64,000 nt of DNA from Azolla caroliniana (Eukaryota > Plantae > Polypodiophyta), in assembly GCA_043228905.1 (NCBI GenBank), contig JBHGNT010000013.1:6634001-6698000 (forward strand), in the 5' to 3' direction. The translations under genes were made by a program, and so were the position numbers. Of this stretch, positions 1 to 11,379 are shown one piece after another; position 1 is the stretch's first letter, and each line of letters begins with the position of its first letter. A model generated the notes under the pieces. The model did not search any database, was not told where the DNA came from, and was given only the letters and a program-made list of their open reading frames with translations.

Positions 1-482
1 ATATCTATGTCCTAAGAGCACAAAAGGAATTGTTGAACTTGGGCTACAGTATTTGGATGGAATTATGTGGCTTAACTACATGTGATGGTTTTGGAACCGG
101 GAGCGGATGACAACGGAATCAGGCCGGACGGACGAATGGTGATTGAACCGGAACCGAAACCGGACGGTGACAGAACCGGACCGAACAAATCGGGCTGGAT
201 GCAACTAGACGAACCGGATGGGTGACGGTCGAGACAGACGGATCATGCACGGGCCAAAGTTTACAGATGATAAGATCATGCGGCCAAACTAAAGTAGAGT
301 GAAGTAAAGCGAAGGTTATGTGGACACATATGTTAATAGCACCAAAAGAATGGTTGAACTTGGGCTACAATATCCGGATGGTCTGATGTGGCTTAACTAC
401 ATGTAATGGTTTTGGAACCGGAACCGGACGGAACCAGACGACGACGGGACCGGACTGACGGAACCGTGACCGGAGAGCAACG
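1..482. repeat. Degenerate ~321-bp tandem repeat; second unit split by Copia A1 and continuing at 6328-~6600
   Basis: caaaag..gttgaacttgggctaca..gtggcttaactacatgt..ggttttggaaccgg recurs at ~21 and ~343; gatgcaac..gacgaac.ggatgggtga.ggtcgagac at ~199 recurs at ~6421; related sequence at ~32050-32230. Confidence 0.75.
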
Positions 483-744
483 TGTTGAAAACAGTGCTCG
501 GCCACAACCGATAAATAGGATTAACTCACAGAAAACAGGAAATACAAATGCACGAAGATAATGGAGAGAAGATTACACAGGATGTTTTACGTGGAAAACC
601 CTAAATGGGAAAAACCACGGGAGTCCTCAAACTCCAACTATCACTATGAACAGAGATGTACAATGGTGAAGCTTCAAGGCAACAACCTTGAGCTCACTGT
701 CTTCGCCACAGGCGGCGGTAATACACAGAGGCAACGACCTCTTC

Positions 745-775
<31 letters not shown>

Positions 776-1345
776 CTGCTCTCACTTCGCTCTCTCGGCT
801 AGAACATAAAATGAGCAACAACTATATAACTGTTTGCCCTAAGTCATATTTATACATATATGACTTTCGGGATATTTACAAATATAGCCTCAAGGGCTCT
901 TAGCAAACATATTCACAAATATGTCCCTGCATCCGGATCTCTCTCCGGGTACATTCGTCATCCGGCTCCGTAGCCGGGGTCTTCATCATCCGGATCCGTA
1001 TCCGGGTACTCTTCATCCGGCTTCATGCCGGGTACTCTTCATCATCCGGATCCGTATCCGGGTACTCTTCATCCGGCTTCATGCCGGGTACTCTTCATCA
1101 TCCGGATCCGTATCCGGGTACTCTTCATCCGGCTTCATGCCGGGTACTCTTCATCATCCGGATCCGTATCCGGGTACTCTTCATCCGGCTTCATGCCGGG
1201 TTCTCTTCATCATCCGGATCCGTATCCGGGTACTCTTCATCCGGCTTCATGCCGGGTTCTCTTCATCATCCGGTTCCGTAATCGCAACCGGGCTTGCCGT
1301 CATTCATCTCCGGACATCCCATCCGGAGGGACCGTAATCCCAACA
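483..1345 (-). repeat. A1 3' LTR (863 bp)
   Basis: Near-identical to 5467-6327; by eye 3 substitutions and one CT unit differ. Confidence 0.97.
981..1278. repeat. 56-bp (30+26) CCGG-rich tandem array in A1 LTR U3; second copy ~5963-6260
   Basis: gggtactcttcatcatccggatccgtatcc+gggtactcttcatccggcttcatgcc repeated about 5 times. Confidence 0.93.
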
Positions 1346-1355
1346 AACTCCCCCT
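1346..1355 (-). promoter_or_regulatory. A1 polypurine tract
   Basis: AGGGGGAGTT between the pol stop codon and the 3' LTR. Confidence 0.9.
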
Positions 1356-4300
1356 TCACTTCGGCATGGGATGTCTCTCCAATCCGATCCTCTTCCGGCA
1401 CGCTTCCAGCTTGTCGGGTGTGAGCACTTTGGTCAGCATGTCTGACCCGTTCTCGTCCGTGTGGATCTTCGTCAGCACGAACTCCTGGTCTTCTATCCTT
1501 TCCCGGATCCAGTGATATCTTCGCTGGATGTGCTTCGTCCGGGAGTGATAGGCCGCATTCTTCGCAAGGTGGATGGCACTCTGACTGTCACAATAGAGTC
1601 GGTACTCCTCCTGCCGGATACCAAGCTCTCTAATGAAGTCCTTCATCCAAATTATTTCCTTGCCGGCTTCAACAGCCGCCATGTACTCCGCCTCCGTGGT
1701 TGACAACGCAACCGTTTTCTGCAGCCTTGACTGCCACGAAACGGCTCCCCCTGCATAGGTCATCACATACCCTGATGTGGACCGGCTGGTATCTGCATCA
1801 GCCGACATATCCGAATCGGTGAAGCCGTCGAGTTGGGGCTTACCGGAGCCGAATCGGAGGCACACGTTTGCCGTGCCCTTCAGGTATCGGAGTATCCACT
1901 TGACCGCGTTCCAATGCTCTTTGCCGGGATTGCTCATGTACCGGCTCACCACTCCGACTGCATATCCTATGTCCGGTCTCGTACACACCATGGCGTACAT
2001 CAAGCTCCCGACGGCTGAGGCATACGGCACTTTCATCATATCCTCCTTTTCAGCCTTTGTCTTGGGACTTTGCTTGCTGGACAGCTTGCAGTCTGCCGGG
2101 AGGGTCGTTCCGACCGGTCTTGCTTCCGACATGTTGAACCGGTGAAGCACCTTTGTCACGTACTTCTCCTGTGACAGCCACAACTGCTTCTTCTTCCGGT
2201 CCCGGATGATGTGCATCCCTAGTATTTGCCTCGCCGGACCCAGGTCCTTCATTGAGAAGGTTCGGTGTAGAGCCTTCTTCAGCATCCGTATCTTGACCTG
2301 GTCCCGTCCGACGATCAACATGTCGTCCACGTACAGGAGGAGTATTAGAGAGTCTCCTCCTTCGAACTTCTTCACAAACACGCAGTGATCAGACTGCGTT
2401 TTGTGGTACCCTTCGTCGGTCATGAAGGAGTCGAACTTCCGGTACCATTGCCGGGGAGCCTGCTTCAGTCCGTAGAGGCTCTTCTTCAACCGGCATACTA
2501 GGTGCTCCTTCCCTTTCTTCTCCAATCCTTCCGGTTGCTGCATGTATATCTCTTCTTCGAGGTCACCGTGAAGGAATGCCGTCTTCACGTCCATCTGTTC
2601 TACCTCGAGGTCCATGCTTGCCGCTATGCTCAGCACCGTCCGGATGGAGGTCATCTTCACTACCGGGGCAAATATCTCGTTGAAGTCGACGCCCTTCTTC
2701 TGCTGAAACCCCTTCACCACGATCCTGGCTTTGTATCTCGGGGGGTTTCCGGCATCTCCCGGTTTCAGCTTGAACACCCACTTGTTTCGAAGTGCCCGCT
2801 TTCCTTTCGGCAACTCCACAAGTTCATATGTGTGGTTCTCATGCAGGGAATCCATCTCCTCCTGCATGGCACTTAACCACCTGCGGCTATGGGTGTCATG
2901 CTTCGCTTCTTCAAAGCTCTCCGGCTCCCCCTCGTCGGTTAGTAGCACGTGCTCTGGTTCCGGAAATCTCCGGGGGGCCCTTCTCTCTCTTAGAGGATAT
3001 CTCCGTTTGGGAGCTTCGGTAACCGGTTCTTCCGATTCTTCATCTTCATCCGAATCCATTTCGGGATCGGGGCCGGTTCCGGTATCATTTTCATCTTCTT
3101 CTTCGGCCGGTTCTGTTTCTTCACCGTCTTCGGCCGGATCCTCGAGTGCTAACCGGTCCCTTGCCGGTCGGGACTGCTCCTCGTAGAGTTTATCCTCACC
3201 GGTCGACTTGGAGCTCTTCATCTTCTTCTCCGACTCCCAGTCGGCGAGTGTCTTGTCCTCCATGAAGATGATATCTCGACTCCTGAATATCTTCTTGTCG
3301 ACCGGGTCCCATACTCGGTAGCCGAACTCGTCGTCACCGTAACCGAGGAATATGCATGGCCGGGTCTTTGGATCTAGCTTTCCTCTCCGGTCCTTTGCCA
3401 CATGCACGTATGCGAGACACCCGAACACCTTCAGATGCCGGTAGGATACTTCCCTACCGGTCCACACTCTCTGCGGCGTGTCTCCGTCCAAAGGTACTGA
3501 GGGTGATCTGTTTATCACGTATGTCGCCGTCGACATCGCCTCAGCCCAAAACCCCTTGGGTAATTTCGCATGCGCCAGCATACTCCGGACCCTCTCCATT
3601 ATGGTCCGGTTCATCCTCTCGGCCAGCCCGTTCAGTTCCGGCGTCTTCGGCACAGTAAACTCGAGCCGGATTCCCTTCGAGCGACAGTACTCCTGGAACT
3701 GCCCCCGGTATTCCCCTCCGTTATCCGCTCGTATCGCTTTCAGCTTCTTGCCGGATTCTCTTTTCACTCTCGCGTGGAGTTCTTTGAAGACGCCCAACAC
3801 TTGGTCCTTTGTCTTCAACGGCACCGTCCACAGCTTCCGGCTGTGGTCATCAATGAATGTCACGAAGTACTGGGCTCCGCCATGTGACTTCGTTTCTACC
3901 TGACACACATCAGTGTGCACCAGCTCCAATGGTGCGCTACGTCTCGTCGGTGGCCTTGAGTGGAAGGAGGTCCGGTTTTGCTTACCGGCCAGGCAGTCGG
4001 TGCACTTCTCCAGGTGCACATGCTTCACTGGGATGAGGTTGTCTTCTGCAAGCCTCTTCATCCCCTTCTCACTCATGTGGCACAGTCTCTTGTGCCACAG
4101 CTCACCGGCAGTGTCGGCTGCCACGTTCAGCTCTTCCGGACATAACCGGGCATTCATCAGGTACAACGTGTTGACTTTCCGGGCCCGAGCCACTATCAGG
4201 CTGCCTTTGCTGAACTTCATTACGCCGTTCCGGATGCTACCCGTGTAGCCTTCATCATCTAGCCTCCCGGCCGAAATCAGGTTCAATCGAACCTCCGGAA

Positions 4301-5435
4301 CGTGTCGGACATCCTTCAGCAGCATTTTGCATCCGGTTGATGTCATCAGCCACACGTCTCCTATGCCGGCAATCCGGCACGTACCTTCATTTCCCATCCG
4401 GACACAGCCATGCTCACCGGCTGTGTAGGATGAGAAGTATTTCTTCTCCGGGGTCAGGTGGAACGACGCTCCGGAATCGACCACCCAGGTCATCTCTACG
4501 CCGGCAAGGTTCAGCTCCCTCTCTTCGGTAATGAGCATTATCTCTTCTTCACTTGCCGCGATTGCCGTCGTTCCTTTCCGGTCCTGCCCTCGCCGATCCG
4601 AACCTCTCCGGTCTGTGGCTCCCCGGTATGCACCGTTTCTCTCCGGTGACTTCTTCGAATCGGTGTCGTCGGCTCCGTTGTCCTTTCGGTAATGCCGACA
4701 ATTCTTCCGGAAGTGCCCCGGCTTCCCACAGTGGAAGCATGTGGGTCTTCCTCTTGACTGCGACCGGGTCCCCGACTTCTCCCGTCTTTGCGGACTCCGG
4801 TTCCATTGTCTTCCTCGTTCCGATTCGGTAAGCAGCGCCTTCGAGTCGGAGGCCGGTTCTTTATCTCTCCGACGCGCTTCTTCATTTAGAATACTTGTCT
4901 TTACCGTTTGTAGAGACAAGTTATCTTCGGTGCAGGAGGTGCTGAGAGTCACCACCAAGTTCTCCCAGCTTTCCGGCAATGTACACATCAAGATGATGGC
5001 TTGCATTGCATCCTCCAACGGGAACTTGATCGCCGCAAGCTGGTTCACAAATCCCATGAACGTGCTTACGTGTTCCACCATACTCTCGCCGTCCCGGTAC
5101 TTGAGGTTCACTATCTTTCTCATCAGGGAGGTCCGGTTCAACGCATTCTTCCTCTCGTAGAGGCTCGACAGCTTCTTCCACATCTCGTATGCGTTGGTGT
5201 CGTTCGCCACATGTTGTAGGACGCTTACATCGACATATTGCCGGATCGTCGCTACGGCTTTCCGGTTCAGAAGCCTCCATTCCGTCTCAAGTACCCCCTT
5301 CGGTATTTCCGACCTGTCAATCGGTTCGTACAGGTCCCGAACAATCAGAAGATCCTCCATCTTGATCTTCCAGTCGGCGTAGTTTTGCGCATTCAGCACC
5401 ATCATCCCCGGCTGCCCGCTGCTGCCGCCTTCCAT
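1356..5435 (-). CDS. Copia Gag-Pol polyprotein (gag, CCHC knuckle, protease, integrase, RT, RNase H), 1359 aa
   Basis: Motifs CFHCGKPGHFRKNC, WVVDSGAS, WHKRLCH..CTDC, VHTDVC/RADNGGEY/NGLAERMNR, LLYVDDML, FTDSD..TEAEY..CDSQSA; first ATG after the PBS is at 5435. Confidence 0.96.
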   Translation of the reverse strand: MEGGSSGQPGMMVLNAQNYADWKIKMEDLLIVRDLYEPIDRSEIPKGVLETEWRLLNRKAVATIRQYVDVSVLQHVANDTNAYEMWKKLSSLYERKNALNRTSLMRKIVNLKYRDGESMVEHVSTFMGFVNQLAAIKFPLEDAMQAIILMCTLPESWENLVVTLSTSCTEDNLSLQTVKTSILNEEARRRDKEPASDSKALLTESERGRQWNRSPQRREKSGTRSQSRGRPTCFHCGKPGHFRKNCRHYRKDNGADDTDSKKSPERNGAYRGATDRRGSDRRGQDRKGTTAIAASEEEIMLITEERELNLAGVEMTWVVDSGASFHLTPEKKYFSSYTAGEHGCVRMGNEGTCRIAGIGDVWLMTSTGCKMLLKDVRHVPEVRLNLISAGRLDDEGYTGSIRNGVMKFSKGSLIVARARKVNTLYLMNARLCPEELNVAADTAGELWHKRLCHMSEKGMKRLAEDNLIPVKHVHLEKCTDCLAGKQNRTSFHSRPPTRRSAPLELVHTDVCQVETKSHGGAQYFVTFIDDHSRKLWTVPLKTKDQVLGVFKELHARVKRESGKKLKAIRADNGGEYRGQFQEYCRSKGIRLEFTVPKTPELNGLAERMNRTIMERVRSMLAHAKLPKGFWAEAMSTATYVINRSPSVPLDGDTPQRVWTGREVSYRHLKVFGCLAYVHVAKDRRGKLDPKTRPCIFLGYGDDEFGYRVWDPVDKKIFRSRDIIFMEDKTLADWESEKKMKSSKSTGEDKLYEEQSRPARDRLALEDPAEDGEETEPAEEEDENDTGTGPDPEMDSDEDEESEEPVTEAPKRRYPLRERRAPRRFPEPEHVLLTDEGEPESFEEAKHDTHSRRWLSAMQEEMDSLHENHTYELVELPKGKRALRNKWVFKLKPGDAGNPPRYKARIVVKGFQQKKGVDFNEIFAPVVKMTSIRTVLSIAASMDLEVEQMDVKTAFLHGDLEEEIYMQQPEGLEKKGKEHLVCRLKKSLYGLKQAPRQWYRKFDSFMTDEGYHKTQSDHCVFVKKFEGGDSLILLLYVDDMLIVGRDQVKIRMLKKALHRTFSMKDLGPARQILGMHIIRDRKKKQLWLSQEKYVTKVLHRFNMSEARPVGTTLPADCKLSSKQSPKTKAEKEDMMKVPYASAVGSLMYAMVCTRPDIGYAVGVVSRYMSNPGKEHWNAVKWILRYLKGTANVCLRFGSGKPQLDGFTDSDMSADADTSRSTSGYVMTYAGGAVSWQSRLQKTVALSTTEAEYMAAVEAGKEIIWMKDFIRELGIRQEEYRLYCDSQSAIHLAKNAAYHSRTKHIQRRYHWIRERIEDQEFVLTKIHTDENGSDMLTKVLTPDKLEACRKRIGLERHPMPK

Positions 5436-5451
5436 TTTCTGCACTGCCGTC

Positions 5452-5463
5452 GCTCTGATACCA
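5452..5463 (-). promoter_or_regulatory. A1 PBS (tRNA-iMet)
   Basis: TGGTATCAGAGC 3 nt downstream of the 5' LTR. Confidence 0.95.
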
Positions 5464-5466
5464 GTT

Positions 5467-6327
5467 TGTTGAAAACAGTGCTCGGCCACAACCGATAAAT
5501 AGGATTAACTCACAGAAAACAGGAAATACAAATGCACGAAGATAATGGAGAGAAGATTACACAGGATGTTTTACGTGGAAAACCCTAAATGGGAAAAACC
5601 ACGGGAGTCCTCAAACTCCAACTATCACTATGAACAGAGATGTACAATGGTGAAGCTTCAAGGCAACAACCTTGAGCTCACTGTCTTCGCCACAGGCGGC
5701 GGTAATACACAGAGGCAACGACCTCTTCGTCTCTCTCTCTCTCTCTCTCTCTCTCGGCTGCTCTCACTTCGCTCTCTCGGCTAGAACATAAAATGAGCAA
5801 CAACTATATAACTGTTTGCCCTAAGTCATATTTATACATATATGACTTTCGGGATATTTACAAATATAGCCTCAAGGGCTCTTAGCAAACATATTCACAA
5901 ATATGTCCCTGCATCCGGATCTCTCTCCGGGTACATTCGTCATCCGGCTCCATAGCCGGGGTCTTCATCATCCGGATCCGTATCCGGGTACTCTTCATCC
6001 GGCTTCATGCCGGGTACTCTTCATCATCCGGATCCGTATCCGGGTACTCTTCATCCGGCTTCATGCCGGGTACTCTTCATCATCCGGATCCGTATCCGGG
6101 TACTCTTCATCCGGCTTCATGCCGGGTACTCTTCATCATCCGGATCCGTATCCGGGTACTCTTCATCCGGCTTCATGCCGGGTTCTCTTCATCATCCGGA
6201 TCCGTATCCGGGTACTCTTCATCCGGCTTCATGCCGGGTTCTCTTCATCATCCGGTTCCGTAATCGCAACCGGGCTTGCCGTCACACATCTCCGGACATC
6301 CCATCCGGAGGGACCGTAATCCCAACA
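5467..6327 (-). repeat. A1 5' LTR (861 bp)
   Basis: Direct repeat of 483-1345, adjacent to PBS and TSD. Confidence 0.97.
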
Positions 6328-6724
6328 CAACGGAATTGGGTTGGATGGTCGAACGAAGATGGAACCGAAACCGAAACCGGAACCGGACGAAGATGGAACA
6401 GGGCCGGACGGATCGGGCTGGATGCAACCAGACGAACTGGATGGGTGATGGTCGAGACGGACGGATCATGGACGGGTTGAACTTTACGGATGGTAAGATC
6501 ATGTGGCCGAACTAAAGTAAAGTAAAGTAAAGTAAAGGTTGCCTGCAACTAAACTCAAACTTTATGTAAAGTAAAGGTCATGTGGATGTATGCAATTGAA
6601 CTCAAGATGGAAACTGGAGTTCCTTCACGCAAGTGCGAGAAGGGAGGAGAAAAGCTATCTCTCGATAATCCATAGATCCTTATGGTCCTTAGGGGATCGA
6701 AGGCATCTTTTGGGGGGAACAAAA

Positions 6725-6860
6725 AAACCCTAATTTTCTGATCGAAGCCATAAACCCTAATTTTCCTTACAGAAGCTATCTCTCAAAAACCCTAATTTCC
6801 TTAATGAAGCCATATCTCTCAAATAATCGTAATTTGTTTTTCTTATGAAAGCCATATCTC
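6725..6860. repeat. Short degenerate ~27-37-bp repeats with AAACCCTAA (telo-box-like)
   Basis: aaaccctaattt three times, each followed by gaagc(c/t)at. Confidence 0.6.
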
Positions 6861-6885
6861 ATCAATTTGAAACTTAATTGTTTCT

Positions 6886-7340
6886 TGTAAAGAATCAGGT
6901 ATGATTCCTGTGTAGTGAAAGAGATGTGTGTTATGTGTATGTGTGAGGAATTAGAGGAGGGAAGAGAGAACACAAGATAGATCACTGGGCTTGCCGCTTG
7001 CTCCCACGTTGCATAGTCCGCATCTTTCGGGTCAGGTCGGTTTTCTTGTGCTCCTTTGATGTAACCCCAATAGCCTTGGTCGACAATATATTGGTGCATC
7101 TTGTACTCCCAAGATGCGAAGTTGTTTCGGTCCAACTTCTCGCTAGGGAGAGTGGTCCCCAGTTGAGTATTCATTGTCGATTAAGCTTCCTTTCTTCTTT
7201 TCCTTCTCTCTCGAACATGAGCTATGTAATGGTACTATGATAGCGATGAGCCGGTTCTTCTTGAATGTCGCCGTAGAGAACAACACATGATCACGAGAGG
7301 CGAGTGGGCTAGATCGAGCTACCAAATCGCTCTGATACCA
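6886..7340 (-). pseudogene. Internally deleted Copia B unit: PBS (7329-7340), gag N-terminus (7174-~6983), terminal LTR fragment (~6982-6886)
   Basis: TGGTATCAGAGC; EKLDRNNFASWEYKMHQY..GYWGYIKG Copia gag N-terminal motif; 6886-6982 matches LTR 7341-7435. Confidence 0.85.
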
Positions 7341-7786
7341 TGTAAATAATCAGGTATGATTCTTGTGTAGCGGAAGAGATGTGTGTTATGTGTATGTGTG
7401 AGAGGAATTAGAGGAGAGAGAACACAAGATAGATAGAAAAAAGAATACTCAAGAAGGTGTATATTTCACAAGTAGAATAAGAATTACAAAATGTAGCATA
7501 ACAAGGAATCACAACCAACTTAGTATGAAGTGTGAGGAGGGTGCTTTATATATAGTCATCCTCTCTCTTCATAAACTAACTACAAAAACCACTCTCTCTC
7601 TTGGGGAATGTGAAGACTCATAGTCACGGGGAATATGTAGCTCATTAGTTATGTGTCATAGAATATGATTCTATGACACATAGTTACTTTGTAGAGAGTA
7701 GTGGTGTGACTCTTGACCTTTGAGTAATCATGGATTCTCAAAAGGTGTGTTGACACGTTGTGTTATGTTGAGCTTGATTCTCAACA
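7341..7786 (-). repeat. Copia B LTR (446 bp) with a PPT on one side and a PBS on the other
   Basis: TG..CA ends; PPT-like CTTGAGGGGCCG at 7787-7798; PBS abuts at 7340. Confidence 0.85.
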
Positions 7787-10378
7787 CGGCCCCTCAAGCT
7801 CAACTCGGGTTGGTTCCTTTCAATTGATGTCCGCTTCGGTTGGTATCCGGTTCGGACGATCTCTGGTGTCCGCTTCGGCTCGTACCCAGTTCGGACGGTA
7901 TCCGGTTCTCGCTTGTACTCCCCATCAAGCTTGGCAAGTCAAGGATCGTCAATCTGAGGTCTGACGTGAATTGCCGAAGCTTGTCAACTCCAAGGGCTTT
8001 CGTGAAGATGTCGGTCGTTTGATGATTCGTGTTGATGTGTAGAAGATTGACATCTCTAGCCTGTACGCGTCTCGAATGAAGTGATAGTGCACTTCCATAT
8101 GCTTTGTGCATGCGTGGAACACCAGGTTCCGAGCTAGATATATACTTCTCATGTTGTACCAGTAAATGGGAGTCAGATCCTTGATGGGGACGGCTAGATC
8201 CTTCAAAATCCTCTTGAGCCATACGACTTCACATGCAGCTACTACTGTGTATTCGGCCTCCATAGTTGAAAGTGCAACGGTAGGCTGCTTCTTACTACTC
8301 CAAGATATTGCTCCACTATCGAGTGAGAAGACAAATCCGGAGCTCGATCGTCAATTGGCTTTGTAGCCGGCCCTGTCGGCATCTGTGTACCCTACGAGTT
8401 GAGTTGGTGTGGCCAATGCATAAAGGATGCCATAATCCATTGTGCCGCTCACGTATCGTAATACCTGCTTAGCGCAATCGAAATGGATATCTCATGTAGT
8501 TTGCATGAATTGGCTAAGGAGGCTGACCGGATAGTTGAGGTCGGGTCGCGTGATTGTGAGATAAATGAGGCTCCCGATCAGTTGTCGATATTGAGTTGGC
8601 TCACACTCATTTGTGCCGGAGTCTGCATCCAGTTTGAGGTTTCAATCGAGAGACGTAGCGACCGATTTGCACTCAGTCATCCCGAACTTGTATAATAAGT
8701 TGAGGATGTAGTGCCGTTGGGAGATCATAATGCCGGTTGGAATCCGAATTACTTCGATGCAAAGGAAGTAATTGAACTCCTCATTCATGTCCGTCATCTC
8801 GAATTTTCTAGAGAGGAGGGACTTGACCTTGTTGATGTCGGCTAGAATTTCACCTCCAATGATTAGATCATCCATGTATAGGATGATGACAATTAGGCTT
8901 CTAAGTCGTGTCGTACCTAGAGGGAGTTGTCGGATTTCGACATTCGAAAGCCGATTTGATGAAGATAATGCGTAATCTTCGAATGCCAAGCACGCGGTGC
9001 TTGCTTGAGGCCGTAGAGAGGCTTCTTGAGTTGGCATACGGCTTTCGAATGAATGTTGGGTTCGAAGCCGGGTGGTTGAACCATGTACACCTCTTCTAAT
9101 TCGCCTTGAAGAAAGACGTTCTTGACGTCCATTTAATGGTGGTGTCACCCTTTTGCAGCTGCAAGTACGGTCACGGTCCGCACAGTTGTCATCTTTGCCA
9201 TCGGGGCAAAGGTCTCTTCATAGTTGACTCCTTGTGTTTGTGTGTATCCTTTTGCTACGAGTCGAGCTTTGTAGCAATTAACAAAGCCATCGGCATTATA
9301 CTTCACCTTGTAGATCCATTTGCAGCCAATTGCCATCTTGTGCGGTGAGTGGGGAACGAGATCCCATGTCTCATTCTTGCGTAGTGCATGCATCTCCTCG
9401 TTCATTGCTTCAATCCATCGCGGGTCCTTCGCGGGTCTGGAAGAGGTTTCCGGCTCCCGTATCGTTGCTACCTTCATCATGAATGCATAATGGTATGCCA
9501 TGTACTCATCGTAACTGAATCGGCTTACGGGGTTCTTTTCATGGGTGGATCGGCGGAGCTTCTCGTTTGCGGATTCTATGGCTTTTCTTCACTCCATTTG
9601 TCCGGATGTCAAGGCCTTCGAACTCACTATCGAGGGAGTGAGTTGATTCATTGCCATCGAAGTGATTGTCTTCATACTCCGGCATTTTCACCTTGCCTTT
9701 GTCCAACTTCGAACTCGGCCAAGATGTGCTTTGATTGCTCGGAGGCTCTTGTGGCCCACTAAGTCTTGTTGTAATCAGGCTTTCTTCGAACATGTCCCCA
9801 AGTCGATCTTCATCTTCTATCTCTTGTTCGGTGGAATCCGGATCGAGCGGAATCGAAATCGAAGTTGTCTCTGGTGCGTACCAAGATGCGGACTTGTCGA
9901 AAACGATGTCTCGACTTACTCGAGATTTTTGAGTTGAGGGGTTGGTTATAGCACTTGTAGCACTTTTGGTTCAGTGAGTATCCTATAAGGATACATTTCT
10001 CTGACTTCGGGTCGAGCTTTTGACACTTCTCGTCGGGGATGTGCACGTACGCAATGGAGCTGAATATCTGAACATGTGATAGGTTCAGCTTCTTTCCGAA
10101 AAAATTCTCGTGTGGAGTAAGTTTGTGCACATCTGATGTCGTACACCGATTCATGAGGTATATGGCCATGCTAACCTCTTCTGCCCAATACAACCTTGGC
10201 AGGTGCTTTTCGTTCATAAAGGCTTGTGCTACTTCGAGGATGTGCCAATTCTTTCATTCGGCGACTCCGTTTTGTTGTGGCGTATGTCAACACGAAAACT
10301 CTCGCCGTATTCCTTCTTTCCATAGAAATGCCGAAAATTCGTTGGTAAAGTACTCCTTGCCTCCATCCGACCGAAGAC
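7787..10378 (-). pseudogene. Copia B degenerate integrase-RT-RNase H
   Basis: Fragments [53 protein letters not shown]; many frameshifts and stops. Confidence 0.93.
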
Positions 10379-10394
10379 TGACGCGGAATATGCA

Positions 10395-11379
10395 TGTGCG
10401 GAAGGAATATATGTCGGCCACAACTGAGAGTTCAATCACTTCGTTACAATCACAACCACAGAGGAAATGGGCAATGAAGGTAAATGCACATACACACAAA
10501 TAATATGAGCAAGAGAGTACACTAGATGTTAACGTGGAAAACCCTGAGAGGGAAAAACCACGGGAGCCCACAGACTCCAAACTATCACTATGTCAATAGA
10601 ATACAATAGGGAGCATAGAGGCAATGACCTCGTGCTCACTCTCTTCGCCTAGCGGCGGTTACAACAGAGAATCACTCTCTCTCTCTCTCTCTCTCTCTCT
10701 GTTATGCTCTGTACAGCAGTGACACCAATAACTCTATACAAAAATAATGACAACAACTCAACAATCATACTCAAGAGTTTTCCCTAGGTCATATTTATAC
10801 TAAGATGACTTTCGCGCTATTTACAGATATAGCCCCAGTGGGCTCTCTGGAACATATTTACATATATGTCCCTTCATCCGATGAGAGGGTCTCACTGGGC
10901 TTGAATCATCTGGTTCTCACCAGGCCTTCATCATCCCATCTGGAGGGATCGAAATCCCAACAAACTCCCCGTTCACTCCGGCATGGGATGTCTGATTAGT
11001 CCAACTCGCTTCCGGCATGCATCCAGGTTGTCGGGTGTCAGCATTTTGGTTAGCATGTTCGAACCATTCTCCTCCATGGAGATCTTCGTCAGGACGAACT
11101 CTTGATCTTCAACTCGCTCCCGGATCCAGTGGTACCTCTGTTGGTTGTGCTTCATCCTGGAATGATAAGCCGCATTCTTCGCAAGGTGAATGGCACTTTG
11201 ACTATCACAATAGAGCCGGTATTCCTCTTGTTGGATCCCTAGCTCTTCGATGAAGTCCTTCATACATAGTATTTCCTTGCCGGCTTCCACAGCTGCCATG
11301 TACTCCGCTTCCGTGGTTGACAATGCAACCATCTTCTATAGCCTCGACTGCCACGAAACATCTCCCCCTGCATATGTCA
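10395..11379 (-). mobile_element. Copia E fragment (A-related): 3' LTR ~10395-10962, PPT, RNase H end 10973-~11379
   Basis: LTR shares tcggccacaac, acgtggaaaaccct, gggaaaaaccacgggag and atcccaaca with family A; VALSTTEAEYMAAVEAGKE..HPMPE*. Confidence 0.85.

Larger units (their letters stand above)
483..6327 (-). mobile_element. Copia A1: full-length Ty1/copia LTR retrotransposon (Tnt1/Tork-like)
   Basis: Direct LTRs with TG..CA ends, TSD CAACG at 478-482 and 6328-6332, PBS, PPT and an uninterrupted gag-pol ORF. Confidence 0.98.

Noticed and set aside
981-1278. Regular repeat array resembling CRISPR
   Set aside because: No unique spacers, no cas genes, lies inside LTRs of a eukaryotic retrotransposon.
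921-1423. Plus-strand ORFs with PGTLHHPDPY repeats (also 5903-6480)
   Set aside because: Translation of the stop-free LTR tandem array; antisense to the element.
5436-5489. N-terminal extension MAEHCFQQ.. of the A1 ORF (and MWPSTV.. in A2)
   Set aside because: Non-ATG start inside the LTR running through the PBS; differs between copies.
1461-5498. Many plus-strand ORFs repeated in A1, A2 and A3
   Set aside because: Antisense shadows of GC-rich gag-pol; recurrence only reflects copy identity.
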